NCBI GenBank assembly: GCA_964423465.1
Contig: CAYRFK010000001.1
Span: 12,987 to 76,986 of the forward strand
Length of the DNA stretch: 64,000 nt
From: an uncultured Verrucomicrobiota bacterium
GTDB taxonomy: Bacteria > Verrucomicrobiota > Kiritimatiellia > PWTM01
Direction of reading: 5' to 3'
The translations under genes were made by a program, and so were the position numbers. The notes beneath the pieces were generated by a model. It ran no database searches. It worked only from the letters and a program-made list of their open reading frames with translations, and was not told the origin of the DNA. This document shows, piece by piece, positions 9,201-17,975 of this stretch; position 1 is the stretch's first letter; every line of letters begins with the position of its first letter.

Positions 9201-10077
9201 CGATCCGGCCGCCGCCGGAGGCCGCCCACCCGCGCCCTCCGTGCCCGCGCAGCTTCTCCTGATCGGGGGTGGCGGCGCTTATCCCCGGCTGCTTGCGGAG
9301 TCCGCCCGCGCCCAGGGCGTCGCCCGCATCTCCCTGGTCGCGTTCCGCGGCGAGACCGAACCGGCCGTCGCGCGGCTGGCGGACGAAACTCGCTGGGTCG
9401 CCGTCGGCCAGCTGGCTGCTTTCCTTGACGCCGTCCGCGCCGCGGGCGTGACCGACGCGGTCATGGCCGGCCAGATCTCCCCCTCCAGCCTCTTCCGCCT
9501 CCGGCCGGACCGGGCGATGTTCGACCTGCTGGCCTCGCTGCGCGAGCGCAACGCGGAGACCATCTTCGGTGCCATCGTCGAGCGCCTCGCCCGCGAAGGC
9601 GTCCGCATGCATCCGGCCAGCCGCTTCATGGAGCGGACCATGCCGGAGCCGGGCGTCCTGGGACAGCGCGCGCCGGACGATCGCGAGCGGGCCGACATCG
9701 CCCTCGGCCGCCGCGTAGCCAAGGCAACCAGCGGCCTTGAGATCGGCCAGACCGTTGTGATCAAGGATGGCACCGTGCTGGCCGTCGAGGCCTTTGAGGG
9801 CACCGACGAGGCCATCCTGCGCGGCGGCAAGCTGGGCGGACCGGGCGCCGTGATCGTCAAGACCGCGAAGGCCGGCCACGACATGCGCTTCGACATCCCG
9901 GTGGTCGGACTTCGGACGATGAAGTCGCTGCGCAAGGCGCGGGCGGCCGTGCTGGCGGTCGAGGCGCGGCGGACGATCCTTCTCGAGCGCGAGGAGCTGG
10001 TGGCCGAGGCGGACCGCCAGGGACTGGCCTTCGTGGCGTTCGAGCCGGAGGGCGGGGTAAAGGGGGAATCGGCATGA
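9184..10077 (+). CDS. lpxI: UDP-2,3-diacylglucosamine hydrolase LpxI (DUF1009)
   Basis: The 297-aa product contains LIGGGGAYP and EIGQTVVIKDGTVLAVEAFEGTDEAILRGG and a DIPVVG pattern typical of LpxI. It overlaps the kinase 3' end by 17 nt. Confidence 0.7.
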   Translation: MSSPGDDPAAAGGRPPAPSVPAQLLLIGGGGAYPRLLAESARAQGVARISLVAFRGETEPAVARLADETRWVAVGQLAAFLDAVRAAGVTDAVMAGQISPSSLFRLRPDRAMFDLLASLRERNAETIFGAIVERLAREGVRMHPASRFMERTMPEPGVLGQRAPDDRERADIALGRRVAKATSGLEIGQTVVIKDGTVLAVEAFEGTDEAILRGGKLGGPGAVIVKTAKAGHDMRFDIPVVGLRTMKSLRKARAAVLAVEARRTILLEREELVAEADRQGLAFVAFEPEGGVKGESA

Positions 10078-11021
10078 GCGACAGGATCCGGGTCGGAGTC
10101 GTCGGCGTCGGCGCACTGGGCGAGCACCACGCACGCCTCTATGCGACGCTGCCGTCCGTCAGCCTTGAGGCCGTGTACGACGCCAATCCGGCGCGCGCGG
10201 CCGAGATCGCGGCGAAGTACGGCACTCGGGTGGCACCCTCGATGGAAGCCTTCGCGGAGGCCGTCGAGGCGGCAAGCGTCGTGGTCCCGACCGACCGCCA
10301 CCGCGAGATCGCCGGCGCGCTGCTGGAGCGCGGCCTGCACCTGCTGGTCGAGAAGCCGATCGCATCCACCACCCGCGAGGCGGAGGAACTCGTCGCGATG
10401 GCGGACGCGCGCAACGTGATCCTGCAGGTCGGCCACGTCGAACGCTTCAACCCCGTGCTGTCGTTTCTCGAATCCGCGGCCGGCACGCCGCGCTTCATCG
10501 AGGCGCACCGGCTGGCCCCCTACCCTCCGCTCCGCCCCGATGCGGCGCCGCGCGGAACGGAGGTGAGCGTCATCCTCGACCTGATGATCCACGATCTCGA
10601 GGTGATCCTGCATCTCGTCCGCTCGGAGGTGGTCGACATCCGCGCGGTCGGCGTGCCGGTGCTGAGCCCGACGGAGGACATCGCCAACGTCCGCCTCGCC
10701 TTCGCCAACGGCGCCATCGCCAACGTCACCGCCAGCCGTATCAGCCCGGAGCGTATGCGGAAGATCCGCGTGTTCACGCCGGAGGCCTACCTGTCGCTCG
10801 ACTACATGAACCAGGCCGGCGAGGTCTACCGCAAGGGGCCTGCGGGCATCGTGCACGAGGCGGTGCCCATCGAGAAGGGCGAGCCGCTGCGCAACGAACT
10901 GGCGTCTTTCGCCGAATGCGTGGCGCGCCGCAGCGAGCCGCGGGTCGGCGGCCGCCAGGCAGCGGAGGCCCTGCGGCTTGCGATCGCGATCCACCAGCGA
11001 CTGAAGTCCGGCCCCTCATGA
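10074..11021 (+). CDS. Gfo/Idh/MocA family NAD(P)-dependent oxidoreductase (possible UDP-GlcNAc 3-dehydrogenase GnnA-like)
   Basis: An N-terminal Rossmann motif (RVGVVGVGALGEHHARLY) and an EKP motif are present. The start has an ATGA overlap with the lpxI stop and the stop has an ATGA overlap with the lpxB start. Its position between lpxI and lpxB mirrors gnnA loci. Confidence 0.65.
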   Translation: MSDRIRVGVVGVGALGEHHARLYATLPSVSLEAVYDANPARAAEIAAKYGTRVAPSMEAFAEAVEAASVVVPTDRHREIAGALLERGLHLLVEKPIASTTREAEELVAMADARNVILQVGHVERFNPVLSFLESAAGTPRFIEAHRLAPYPPLRPDAAPRGTEVSVILDLMIHDLEVILHLVRSEVVDIRAVGVPVLSPTEDIANVRLAFANGAIANVTASRISPERMRKIRVFTPEAYLSLDYMNQAGEVYRKGPAGIVHEAVPIEKGEPLRNELASFAECVARRSEPRVGGRQAAEALRLAIAIHQRLKSGPS

Positions 11022-12151
11022 GCCGCCGGTCCGCCCTCGTCATCGCCGGCGAGATTTCCGGCGACCTGCACGCCGGGGCCCTGGCCGCGGCCCTGCGGGC
11101 GCGCGGCGCGGCCCTCGCCCTGTGGGGCATCGGGGGCGACCGCCTGCGTGCCGAGGGGGCGGAACTGCTCTACGACGTCCGGCAGACCGCCGTGATGGGC
11201 TTCGTCGAGGTGCTCCGCCACCTCCGGTTTTTCCGCGGCGTGCTCCGCCACATCCTCGCGGAGGTCGACCGGCGCCGCCCCGCGGTGGCCATCCTCGTCG
11301 ACTACCCCGGCTTCAATCTCCGTCTCGCGCCGGAGCTGCGGAAGCGGGGCGTCAAAGTCGTGTACTACGTATGCCCGCAGGTCTGGGCCTGGCACCGCTC
11401 ACGCATGGGCGCGATGGCCCGCACGATCGACCGGCTGGCGGTCATCTTCCCCTTCGAGGTGGAGGCCTTCAGGGGCACAGGCCTGCGCGTCGATTTCGTC
11501 GGGCATCCGCTGGTCGATGAAACCACCGCCGCCCTGCGTGCGCCGCCCGTGGAACTGCCGTGGCGAGGCGCAGGGCCGCGCGTGGCGCTGCTTCCCGGCA
11601 GCCGCCGCCAGGAGATCCGTCGCATCCTGCCGGCCCTCGTCGGCGCGGCGGCCGAAGTCGCCCGCCGCCATCCCGACGCCGCCTTCCTTCTCGCCGCGCC
11701 GTCGGAGCCCGTGGCGGAGATCGCACGCGGCGTCCTGGCTGGATGTCCAGACGCGGACCGGATCCCGATCGTCACCGGTGTCACGCGCGAAGTGCTGCGC
11801 CAGGCCCGCGCGGCATGGGTCGCGTCGGGAACCGCCACGATGGAAGCCTGCTTGATGGGGTGTCCCCAGGTCGTCGTCTACCGCACGCATCCGCTGACCT
11901 ACCACCTCGGGAAGGCGCTGATCCGCGTTCCCTTCATCGGCATGGTCAACCTCGTCGCCGGCCGCGGCATCTGCCCTGAGCTGATCCAAGACGAAGCCAC
12001 GCCCGGCTGGCTGGCCGAGGCGATCGACCCCCTGCTCGGCGACACGCCCGGGCGGGCCGGAATGCTGGACGGTTACGCCGCGGTGCGCGAGAAACTTGGC
12101 GGCGGCGGTGCGGCGGACCGCGCCGCATCCATTGTCATGGAAGAACTCTGA
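11018..12151 (+). CDS. lpxB: Lipid-A-disaccharide synthase LpxB
   Basis: The N-terminus RSALVIAGEISGDLHAGALAAAL plus VDYPGFNL and VYYVCPQVWAW are LpxB hallmarks. The product is 378 aa from the ATG at 11018. Confidence 0.8.
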   Translation: MSRRSALVIAGEISGDLHAGALAAALRARGAALALWGIGGDRLRAEGAELLYDVRQTAVMGFVEVLRHLRFFRGVLRHILAEVDRRRPAVAILVDYPGFNLRLAPELRKRGVKVVYYVCPQVWAWHRSRMGAMARTIDRLAVIFPFEVEAFRGTGLRVDFVGHPLVDETTAALRAPPVELPWRGAGPRVALLPGSRRQEIRRILPALVGAAAEVARRHPDAAFLLAAPSEPVAEIARGVLAGCPDADRIPIVTGVTREVLRQARAAWVASGTATMEACLMGCPQVVVYRTHPLTYHLGKALIRVPFIGMVNLVAGRGICPELIQDEATPGWLAEAIDPLLGDTPGRAGMLDGYAAVREKLGGGGAADRAASIVMEEL

Positions 12152-12165
12152 CCCCCCTGCCCCCT

Positions 12166-12200
12166 CTTCCGTCTTCCGTTTTCCGTTTTCCGTCTTCCGT
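12166..12200. repeat. Heptanucleotide tandem repeat (YTTCCGT) x5
   Basis: The units are cttccgt, cttccgt, tttccgt, tttccgt, cttccgt. The array lies between the convergent lpxB and pgl genes and abuts the pgl stop. Confidence 0.85.
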
Positions 12201-12892
12201 CAGAAGTGCTCGGGGAACGCCGCGCGGTCGGCCCACAGGGAGACACCGGGATGCCCCTCGACCGCCAGTCCGGCGGGGATCGATTCCGGCGCGGAAAGCA
12301 GGGTTTGGATGACCCGCGCCTTGTCGGCACCCGTGATCACAAACACCAGGTCCTCGACCCGGGCCAGCAGGTCCGGCGTCGTACTGATCCTGTCCGGCGG
12401 CTCGGCGCGGCGGACCGGAACCGCAAGGCGTCCGCTCTTGCGTGCCGCATCGACATCGGCGCGGCTGAACAGCGATGCCGTGTGGCCGTCGGCTCCCACC
12501 CCAAGGATACCGAACGGAATGCGGATGCCTTCATCCACCATCTCCGCCAGTAGCCGTCCGTATCCCTCCGCCGCGGCATCCAGGGTCCCGGCGGTGTCGA
12601 CGCGCAGAAAGCGATCGCCCGAGATACCGGCCGAGTGCAGCAGCGGCCCGATGTGGAAGACATTGGAATCGGCAGAGTCGGAGGGCGCCATCCGCTCGTC
12701 GCTGAGGAAGACGTGCCCGCCGCACCCTTCGGCAGGCGGCGAGTCGGCCAGTCGCCGGTAGGCGGCCAGAGGCGTTCGCCCGCCCGCCAGCATGACGGCC
12801 CCGGACTCCCCCACAGTCTCCATCGACCGCCGGATCCGCGCCGCGAGTTCGGCCGCAAGAGCCTCTGCTGATTCAAAGATCCGGATATTCAT
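12200..12892 (-). CDS. pgl: 6-phosphogluconolactonase
   Basis: The 230-aa product has the GLGADGHTAS motif and overall DevB/Pgl similarity. Confidence 0.75.
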   Translation of the reverse strand: MNIRIFESAEALAAELAARIRRSMETVGESGAVMLAGGRTPLAAYRRLADSPPAEGCGGHVFLSDERMAPSDSADSNVFHIGPLLHSAGISGDRFLRVDTAGTLDAAAEGYGRLLAEMVDEGIRIPFGILGVGADGHTASLFSRADVDAARKSGRLAVPVRRAEPPDRISTTPDLLARVEDLVFVITGADKARVIQTLLSAPESIPAGLAVEGHPGVSLWADRAAFPEHF

Positions 12893-12987
12893 GCGCCCAG
12901 TCTACCTGTTCCCCGCACCGTCGCAACCGGCGGATTTGATTCCTGCGCGACCTCCGCTAGAATGATCGGGGGATCGAAAGAGAACGC

Positions 12988-13536
12988 ATGCCTGTGGAAC
13001 GCTCCAAAGAACGCCGGACATGGCGTGACTACATCCGGCTGACACTCGCCCAGCGCGGTTCGCCCGAGAGTATCGCGTGGGGCATTGCCATCGGCATGTT
13101 CATCGCCTTCACGCCGACGCTTGGCGTCCAGATCATTCTGGCTCTGATCGTCACCTCCATCGTGCGTGTCAACCGCCTCGCCTCCCTGCCGCCGCTGTTT
13201 CTGACCAACGTCCTGACGGCCGGTCCGGTGTACGGATTCGAGTGCTGGATCGGGGCACAATTCCTTCCCGACGCACGCTCCGTCGAGATGTTGGCGCGGT
13301 GGGACAAGGTCCAGCACCTGATTGCTAACACCGGCATACTGTCCCTCCACGAGAACTGGCGGGACCTGATGAGGATCAGCGGGGATCTCTGGCTCGCGAT
13401 GTGGATCGGCGGGCTCTTGGTGGGCGTCCTGTCGGGAGTCCCTGCCTACTTCGTCAGCCTGGCCGTCGTCCGCCGCCACCGGGTCATCCGGGCGCGCCGC
13501 CTCCAGGCGCGCGCCAAGGCCCGACGGCCGGAATAA
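12988..13536 (+). CDS. DUF2062-family membrane protein
   Basis: The 182-aa product has hydrophobic helices and a basic C-terminus. The pattern matches COG3216/DUF2062. Confidence 0.5.
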   Translation: MPVERSKERRTWRDYIRLTLAQRGSPESIAWGIAIGMFIAFTPTLGVQIILALIVTSIVRVNRLASLPPLFLTNVLTAGPVYGFECWIGAQFLPDARSVEMLARWDKVQHLIANTGILSLHENWRDLMRISGDLWLAMWIGGLLVGVLSGVPAYFVSLAVVRRHRVIRARRLQARAKARRPE

Positions 13537-13543
13537 AACGACA

Positions 13544-13567
13544 GAGCCCGGGCACGGGCCCGGGCTC
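13544..13567. terminator. Perfect 10-bp GC hairpin (GAGCCCGGGC-ACGG-GCCCGGGCTC) between convergent genes
   Basis: The stem-loop lies between the DUF2062 stop (13536) and the small basic protein stop (13579). There is no U-tract, as is usual in high-GC genomes. Confidence 0.6.
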
Positions 13568-13578
13568 CGCAATCACCG

Positions 13579-13797
13579 TCAGGCCTTCGCGGCCAGCTTC
13601 TTCTTCAGCTTCGCCGGGCGCTTCAGGAGCGTGCGGACCGCGACCGGGGGCATCACGGCGACCACCGCCTCGGGCATGCCGATGGCGACCAGCCGCTTGC
13701 GCTGCATGCGCTGCCGGCGAACCTTGTCCGCCGTCTTCTTCTTCGGCCGGCTCCGGTTCTTGTTCTTCAGGGTCCGCTGCTTGGTATTCGTAGCCAT
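13579..13797 (-). CDS. Small lysine/arginine-rich protein, possibly histone H1-like nucleoid protein
   Basis: The 72-aa product is MATNTKQRTLKNKNRSRPKKK...KRPAKLKKKLAAKA, starting at the ATG at 13797. It lies inside a longer spurious ORF and is divergent from infA. Confidence 0.4.
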   Translation of the reverse strand: MATNTKQRTLKNKNRSRPKKKTADKVRRQRMQRKRLVAIGMPEAVVAVMPPVAVRTLLKRPAKLKKKLAAKA

Positions 13798-13914
13798 GAT
13801 GCACCTCTTGCTGTCGGGAATTCCCGGGTGAAGCCCGCACTTATAACACGGCCCGCCCCGGAGATCAACGGCATGCTTGCTTTCGGCAGGCAGCCTGCTA
13901 CAGTCCCGGCCTGA

Positions 13915-14178
13915 ATGAGGCCAGAACCAAGCAATCAGAATCCAGCGGCAGCCCCGGCCGGAACCGAGGACTGCATCACCGTCGACGGCGTCGTTGCCAA
14001 GGTTCTCCCGGCGACGATGTACAAGGTCAAACTGCAGAACGGCCACGAAATCCTGGCGCACATCTCCGGTAAGATGCGGAAGCACTTCATCCGCATCACC
14101 AATGGGGACCGCGTGACGGTGGAGATTTCGCCGTACGACCTGACGAAGGGCCGGATCACGTTCCGGCACCGCAACTGA
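13915..14178 (+). CDS. infA: Translation initiation factor IF-1
   Basis: The core [61 protein letters not shown] matches IF-1. The N-terminus is extended by ~15 aa. Confidence 0.85.
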   Translation: MRPEPSNQNPAAAPAGTEDCITVDGVVAKVLPATMYKVKLQNGHEILAHISGKMRKHFIRITNGDRVTVEISPYDLTKGRITFRHRN

Positions 14179-14212
14179 CCGGCGCGGCACGGGCCGCCCC
14201 GTCCCCCGTTCC

Positions 14213-15130
14213 CTACCTCAATCCGAGGCTTTTCAGCGCGCCCCGGAAGTCCGCCGGCACCGGCGCACGCACCACCACGGGGGCATCGCCCGCGGCCGCG
14301 GGGAACGACAGCGACGCCGCGTGCAGCATCTGCCGCGACAGGAGACGCAACCGCTCGCCGGTCTCGCGCGCCGTCCCGTACGATTTGTCGCCCGCCACCG
14401 GGTGCCCCCGCTCCTCGAGGTGCTTCCGGATCTGGTGCGTCCGCCCGGTCTCGATTTCAAGGCGCAGGTGCGATGCCTCGTCCGTTGCGTCCACCACCGA
14501 CACGCGGGTGCGCGCGCTCTGCCCGTCGATGGGGCTCGCGATCTCGCGCAGGTCCCGGCGCACGCGACCGACGGCGATCGCCTCGTACCCCTTGCGGATG
14601 CGTCCGTCCCGGAACCAGCCCACGGCCTCGTCGAAGACCGCGTCGGACCGCGCCAGAAGCAGGCATCCTGTGGTGTCCCGGTCCAGCCGGTGCACGGCCC
14701 GGATCGAAGGATCCTTGCGGCGGGCACGCATCGACTCCTCGACGCTGCCGTCCCCGTTGGACAGGATCCCCGGAGGCTTGTCGATCACCAGCACCCGATC
14801 ATCCTCGAAGAGAACCTGAAGCTGCGCCACCTCGGGCGCCTCCGTCCGAACCGGCATCGTCGCGAGCGACGCGTACACCTCGATGCGATCCCCCGAGTCG
14901 ACCTGGTGCCGGGCCATCCAGATGCGCTTGCCGTTCACGAATACGCAGCGGGCGTCCAGAAGCCGGCGCGCACCGCGACGCGAGAGCTTCATCCGCTCGC
15001 CGATCACGACCTCCAGCGTCCGCCCGTCCTCGACCGGCGTCACCGTCATGCGAACCGGCTGCGCTCCGCCGCGAACCGGAGGACCGTGCTGCGCGGAGGC
15101 GCGACGTGGAGTGGAATGGGGCTTGGGCAT
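14213..15130 (-). CDS. RluA-family 23S rRNA pseudouridine synthase (RluC/D-like, with S4 domain)
   Basis: HRLDRDTTGCLLLA and RTHQIRKHL motifs are present. The track ORF extends to a TTG at 15205. An ATG at 15130 (MPKPH) is an alternative start. Confidence 0.75.
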   Translation of the reverse strand: MPKPHSTPRRASAQHGPPVRGGAQPVRMTVTPVEDGRTLEVVIGERMKLSRRGARRLLDARCVFVNGKRIWMARHQVDSGDRIEVYASLATMPVRTEAPEVAQLQVLFEDDRVLVIDKPPGILSNGDGSVEESMRARRKDPSIRAVHRLDRDTTGCLLLARSDAVFDEAVGWFRDGRIRKGYEAIAVGRVRRDLREIASPIDGQSARTRVSVVDATDEASHLRLEIETGRTHQIRKHLEERGHPVAGDKSYGTARETGERLRLLSRQMLHAASLSFPAAAGDAPVVVRAPVPADFRGALKSLGLR

Positions 15131-15192
15131 GCGGGCATCGTAGTCAGCCCCGGCCCGACGGTCAACGTCGGGGCAAAGGGCGGAGGTTTGGC

Positions 15193-15234
15193 GTTCACGG
15201 TTCAAGGTTCACGGTTCACGGTTCAAGGTTCACG
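15193..15234. repeat. Heptanucleotide tandem repeat (GTTCAMG) x6
   Basis: The units are gttcacg, gttcaag, gttcacg, gttcacg, gttcaag, gttcacg. The array lies in the divergent region between the rluA-like and DUF1080 genes and overlaps the TTG start of the longest rluA ORF. Confidence 0.85.
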
Positions 15235-15351
15235 GTTTGTGCTTTCCGCATTGGGGTTTGGGATTTGTTTCGTGCTTCGGGATTCCGATTTCGTGCTTCC
15301 CTTTCGGGTGCGGGTGGACATCGGCAGGCCGGCGGGGTAATCCTACCCGCC

Positions 15352-15987
15352 ATGAAGACATGTCTCGCAATGCTGGCCGCAATGGCCCTCGCCGTCCCCG
15401 CCGGGGCGGACGAGGGGTGGGTGACGATGTTTGACGGGAAGTCCCTCGCCGGATGGAAGTCCAACGACGAGGTCCCCGGGGCCTTCGCCGTCGAGGACGG
15501 AACCCTCAAGGTCTCCGGCGGCCGCGCCCACATCTTCTACGTCGGCGCCGACGGCAAGGCCTCGTTCAAGGACTTCGAGTTCCGCGCGAAGGTGAAGACC
15601 ACGCCGGGCTCGAATTCGGGCATCTACATCCACACCTCGTTCCAGGAGAAGGGCTGGCCGGAAAAGGGCTACGAGTGCCAGGTCAACACCTCCCACAAGG
15701 ACCCGAAGAAGACCGGCGGCCTCTACGCAATCCGAGACGTGATGAACGATGCGCCGTCGAAGGACGACGTTTGGTTCGACTATGTCATCCGCGTGCAGGG
15801 CCGGACCATCACGGTCTCGATCGACGGCAAGGTCACCGCCGAGTTCACCGAGCCCGACGGCTGGACGCCGCCCGAGAAGATGCCCGGCCGCAAGCTTTCA
15901 TCCGGCACCATCGCCCTTCAAGGCCATGACCCGAAGAGCACCGTGTTCTACAAGGATCTCCGGATCCGCCCGCTGCCGGCCCGGTAA
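15352..15987 (+). CDS. Secreted DUF1080 (3-keto-disaccharide hydrolase-like) protein
   Basis: A signal peptide (MKTCLAMLAAMALAVPAGA) is followed by GWKSNDEVPGAFAVEDGTLKVSGG and GIYIHTSFQEKG motifs typical of DUF1080. Confidence 0.7.
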   Translation: MKTCLAMLAAMALAVPAGADEGWVTMFDGKSLAGWKSNDEVPGAFAVEDGTLKVSGGRAHIFYVGADGKASFKDFEFRAKVKTTPGSNSGIYIHTSFQEKGWPEKGYECQVNTSHKDPKKTGGLYAIRDVMNDAPSKDDVWFDYVIRVQGRTITVSIDGKVTAEFTEPDGWTPPEKMPGRKLSSGTIALQGHDPKSTVFYKDLRIRPLPAR

Positions 15988-15993
15988 GAAATG

Positions 15994-16038
15994 TCCAAGG
16001 GTTGGACCGGCGCCCTTGCGGGCCGTCCAACCCTTGGA
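15994..16038. terminator. Perfect 14-bp inverted repeat (TCCAAGGGTTGGAC...GTCCAACCCTTGGA) bidirectional terminator candidate
   Basis: It lies between the convergent DUF1080 (ends 15987) and fucI (ends 16077) genes. Confidence 0.6.
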
Positions 16039-16076
16039 ACCCTTCCCATCCCCCACCCGGCTGAAATTCGCGGGTT

Positions 16077-17867
16077 CTACCCGTAGACCGGTCCGAAGTT
16101 CGCGCAGGCGCGGTAGTCGGCGCCCTGCGGATCCTGTGCACCGAACAGGCCCCACGCGCTCGGACGGAACACCTGCTCCTCGGCGACGTTGTGCATCGCC
16201 ACGGGGATGCGCAGCACGGACGCCAGCGCGATCAGGTCCGCGCCAACGTGGCCGTAGCTGATCGATCCGTGGTTTGCGCTCCAGTTGTTCATGACGCTGT
16301 AGACGTCCGCGAACGGACCGCTGCCGGCCAGGTTCGGAACGAACCACGTCGTCGGCCACGTCTGGTTGGTGCGCTGGTTGAGCGTCGCATGCACCTTCGC
16401 CGGGATGTCCACCGACCACCCCTCGGCGATCTGCAGCACGGGGCCGAGGCCCTTGACGAGGCTCACGCGGCTCATCGTCATCGGCATGCCGCCCTTCGAG
16501 AGGTAGCACGACGAGAACCCGCCACCGCGGAAGTACTCGGTCACCGCCGAGGGCCACGTCGTGGCCTTGAGGCACTTCTTCGCCTCGGCCTCGCTGATCT
16601 CCCAGAACGGCTTCATCACGGGCTTGCCGCCGCGCGTCTGCTCGCCGGTGCCGTCGAGCGTCGCGGCGCCGGAGTTGATCAGGTGGATGAGCCCGCCCGC
16701 GGCGCGGCCGGCCAGCTTGTGGCCCGTCACGCGCTTCACCGCGTCGGCGCTCCAGAACGTGCGCACATCGGCGAAGATCTGCGCGGTGTTCGTCATCAGA
16801 TAACCGAAGAGCATCGCGACGCCGTTGAGGCTGTCATTCTCGGTTGCGAAGACGTACGGGGCGCGGATGCCGTCCCAGTCGAACGAGGAGTTCAGGATCG
16901 CCTCCATGAAGTCGCCGTTCGGGAAGTGGTCGGTCCACTGGCGCTGGCCCTGGAAGCCGCCGAAGATCGCGTTGTGGCCCAGCGCCTCCTCGCCGAAGCC
17001 GGCCTCGCCGAGACGCGGATTGCCGACCATCAGGTCGCGGGCGATCATCGTCATCTTGACGGAGACTTCCCACCCGCGGTCCTTGGCCTTGTCGTCATGC
17101 CGGCTGCCGGGCTTGTTGACGTCCTCGCCCTCGGGGCAGTTGGCGCGCGTCCATGCAAGCGCCCGCTTGAACTCCTTCTCGTCGTAGATCTTCTCGTCGA
17201 TGCGGCGGACGAGTTCCGTCATGTCAACGGCCTCGACGCGGACACCGAGATAGTCCTCGAGGAACGTCTGGTCGACGATCGACCCCGCGATGCCCATCGA
17301 CGTGCCGCCGAGCGACAGGTACGACTTGCCGCGCATGATCGCCGCCGCCAGACCCGCCTTCGCGAACCGCAGCAGCTTCTCCTGCACGTCCGCCGGGATC
17401 GAGGTGTCGCCACGGTCCTGCACGTCGCGGCCGTAGATGCCGAACGCGGGCAGGCCCTTCTGGTTGTGGCCGGCCAGCACGGCGGCGAGGTAGACGGCGC
17501 CCGGCCGCTCGGTGCCGTTGAAGCCCCAGACGGCCTTCGGCATCAGCGGATCCATGTCCATCGTCTCACTGCCGTAGCACCAGCAGGGCGTGACGGTCAG
17601 CGACACGCCGACGCCGGAGCGCGCAAACTTGTCGGCGCACGCCGCGGCCTCGGCGACGCCGCCGATGCAGGTGTCCGCGATGACACACTCCACCGGCGAG
17701 CCGTCGGGATAACGAAGGTTGGCGGAAAGAAACGATGCGGCGGTCTTCGCCATCGTCATGACCTGCGCGTCGAGGGATTCGCGGACGCCGCGGCGACGGC
17801 CGTCGATCGTCGGCCGGATGCCGATCTTGGGGAACTGTCCGATCCAGCGTGGGGCTTGATTGCTCAT
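16077..17867 (-). CDS. fucI: L-fucose isomerase
   Basis: The product aligns end to end with E. coli FucI ([48 protein letters not shown]). The start is the ATG at 17867. Confidence 0.9.
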   Translation of the reverse strand: MSNQAPRWIGQFPKIGIRPTIDGRRRGVRESLDAQVMTMAKTAASFLSANLRYPDGSPVECVIADTCIGGVAEAAACADKFARSGVGVSLTVTPCWCYGSETMDMDPLMPKAVWGFNGTERPGAVYLAAVLAGHNQKGLPAFGIYGRDVQDRGDTSIPADVQEKLLRFAKAGLAAAIMRGKSYLSLGGTSMGIAGSIVDQTFLEDYLGVRVEAVDMTELVRRIDEKIYDEKEFKRALAWTRANCPEGEDVNKPGSRHDDKAKDRGWEVSVKMTMIARDLMVGNPRLGEAGFGEEALGHNAIFGGFQGQRQWTDHFPNGDFMEAILNSSFDWDGIRAPYVFATENDSLNGVAMLFGYLMTNTAQIFADVRTFWSADAVKRVTGHKLAGRAAGGLIHLINSGAATLDGTGEQTRGGKPVMKPFWEISEAEAKKCLKATTWPSAVTEYFRGGGFSSCYLSKGGMPMTMSRVSLVKGLGPVLQIAEGWSVDIPAKVHATLNQRTNQTWPTTWFVPNLAGSGPFADVYSVMNNWSANHGSISYGHVGADLIALASVLRIPVAMHNVAEEQVFRPSAWGLFGAQDPQGADYRACANFGPVYG

Positions 17868-17975
17868 GAACTTGATTCCTATTTGACTTCCAGAGTTCGG
17901 GTGGAGGGCCCGGCTCCGTCCGGGCCGTGCGATCGGCCGGCACGGAGGCCGGCCCTCCACCTTCGGAAATGGTCT

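Noticed and set aside
9279-10994. 571-aa minus-strand ORF
   Set aside because: It is antisense to lpxI and the Gfo/Idh/MocA gene and its translation is low-complexity.
14213-15205. Using the longest ORF start (TTG at 15205) for the rluA-like gene
   Set aside because: The TTG lies inside the heptamer array. The conserved pseudouridine synthase sequence begins well downstream, so the ATG at 15130 is the more plausible start. The longer form is kept as a possibility in finding 15193-15234.
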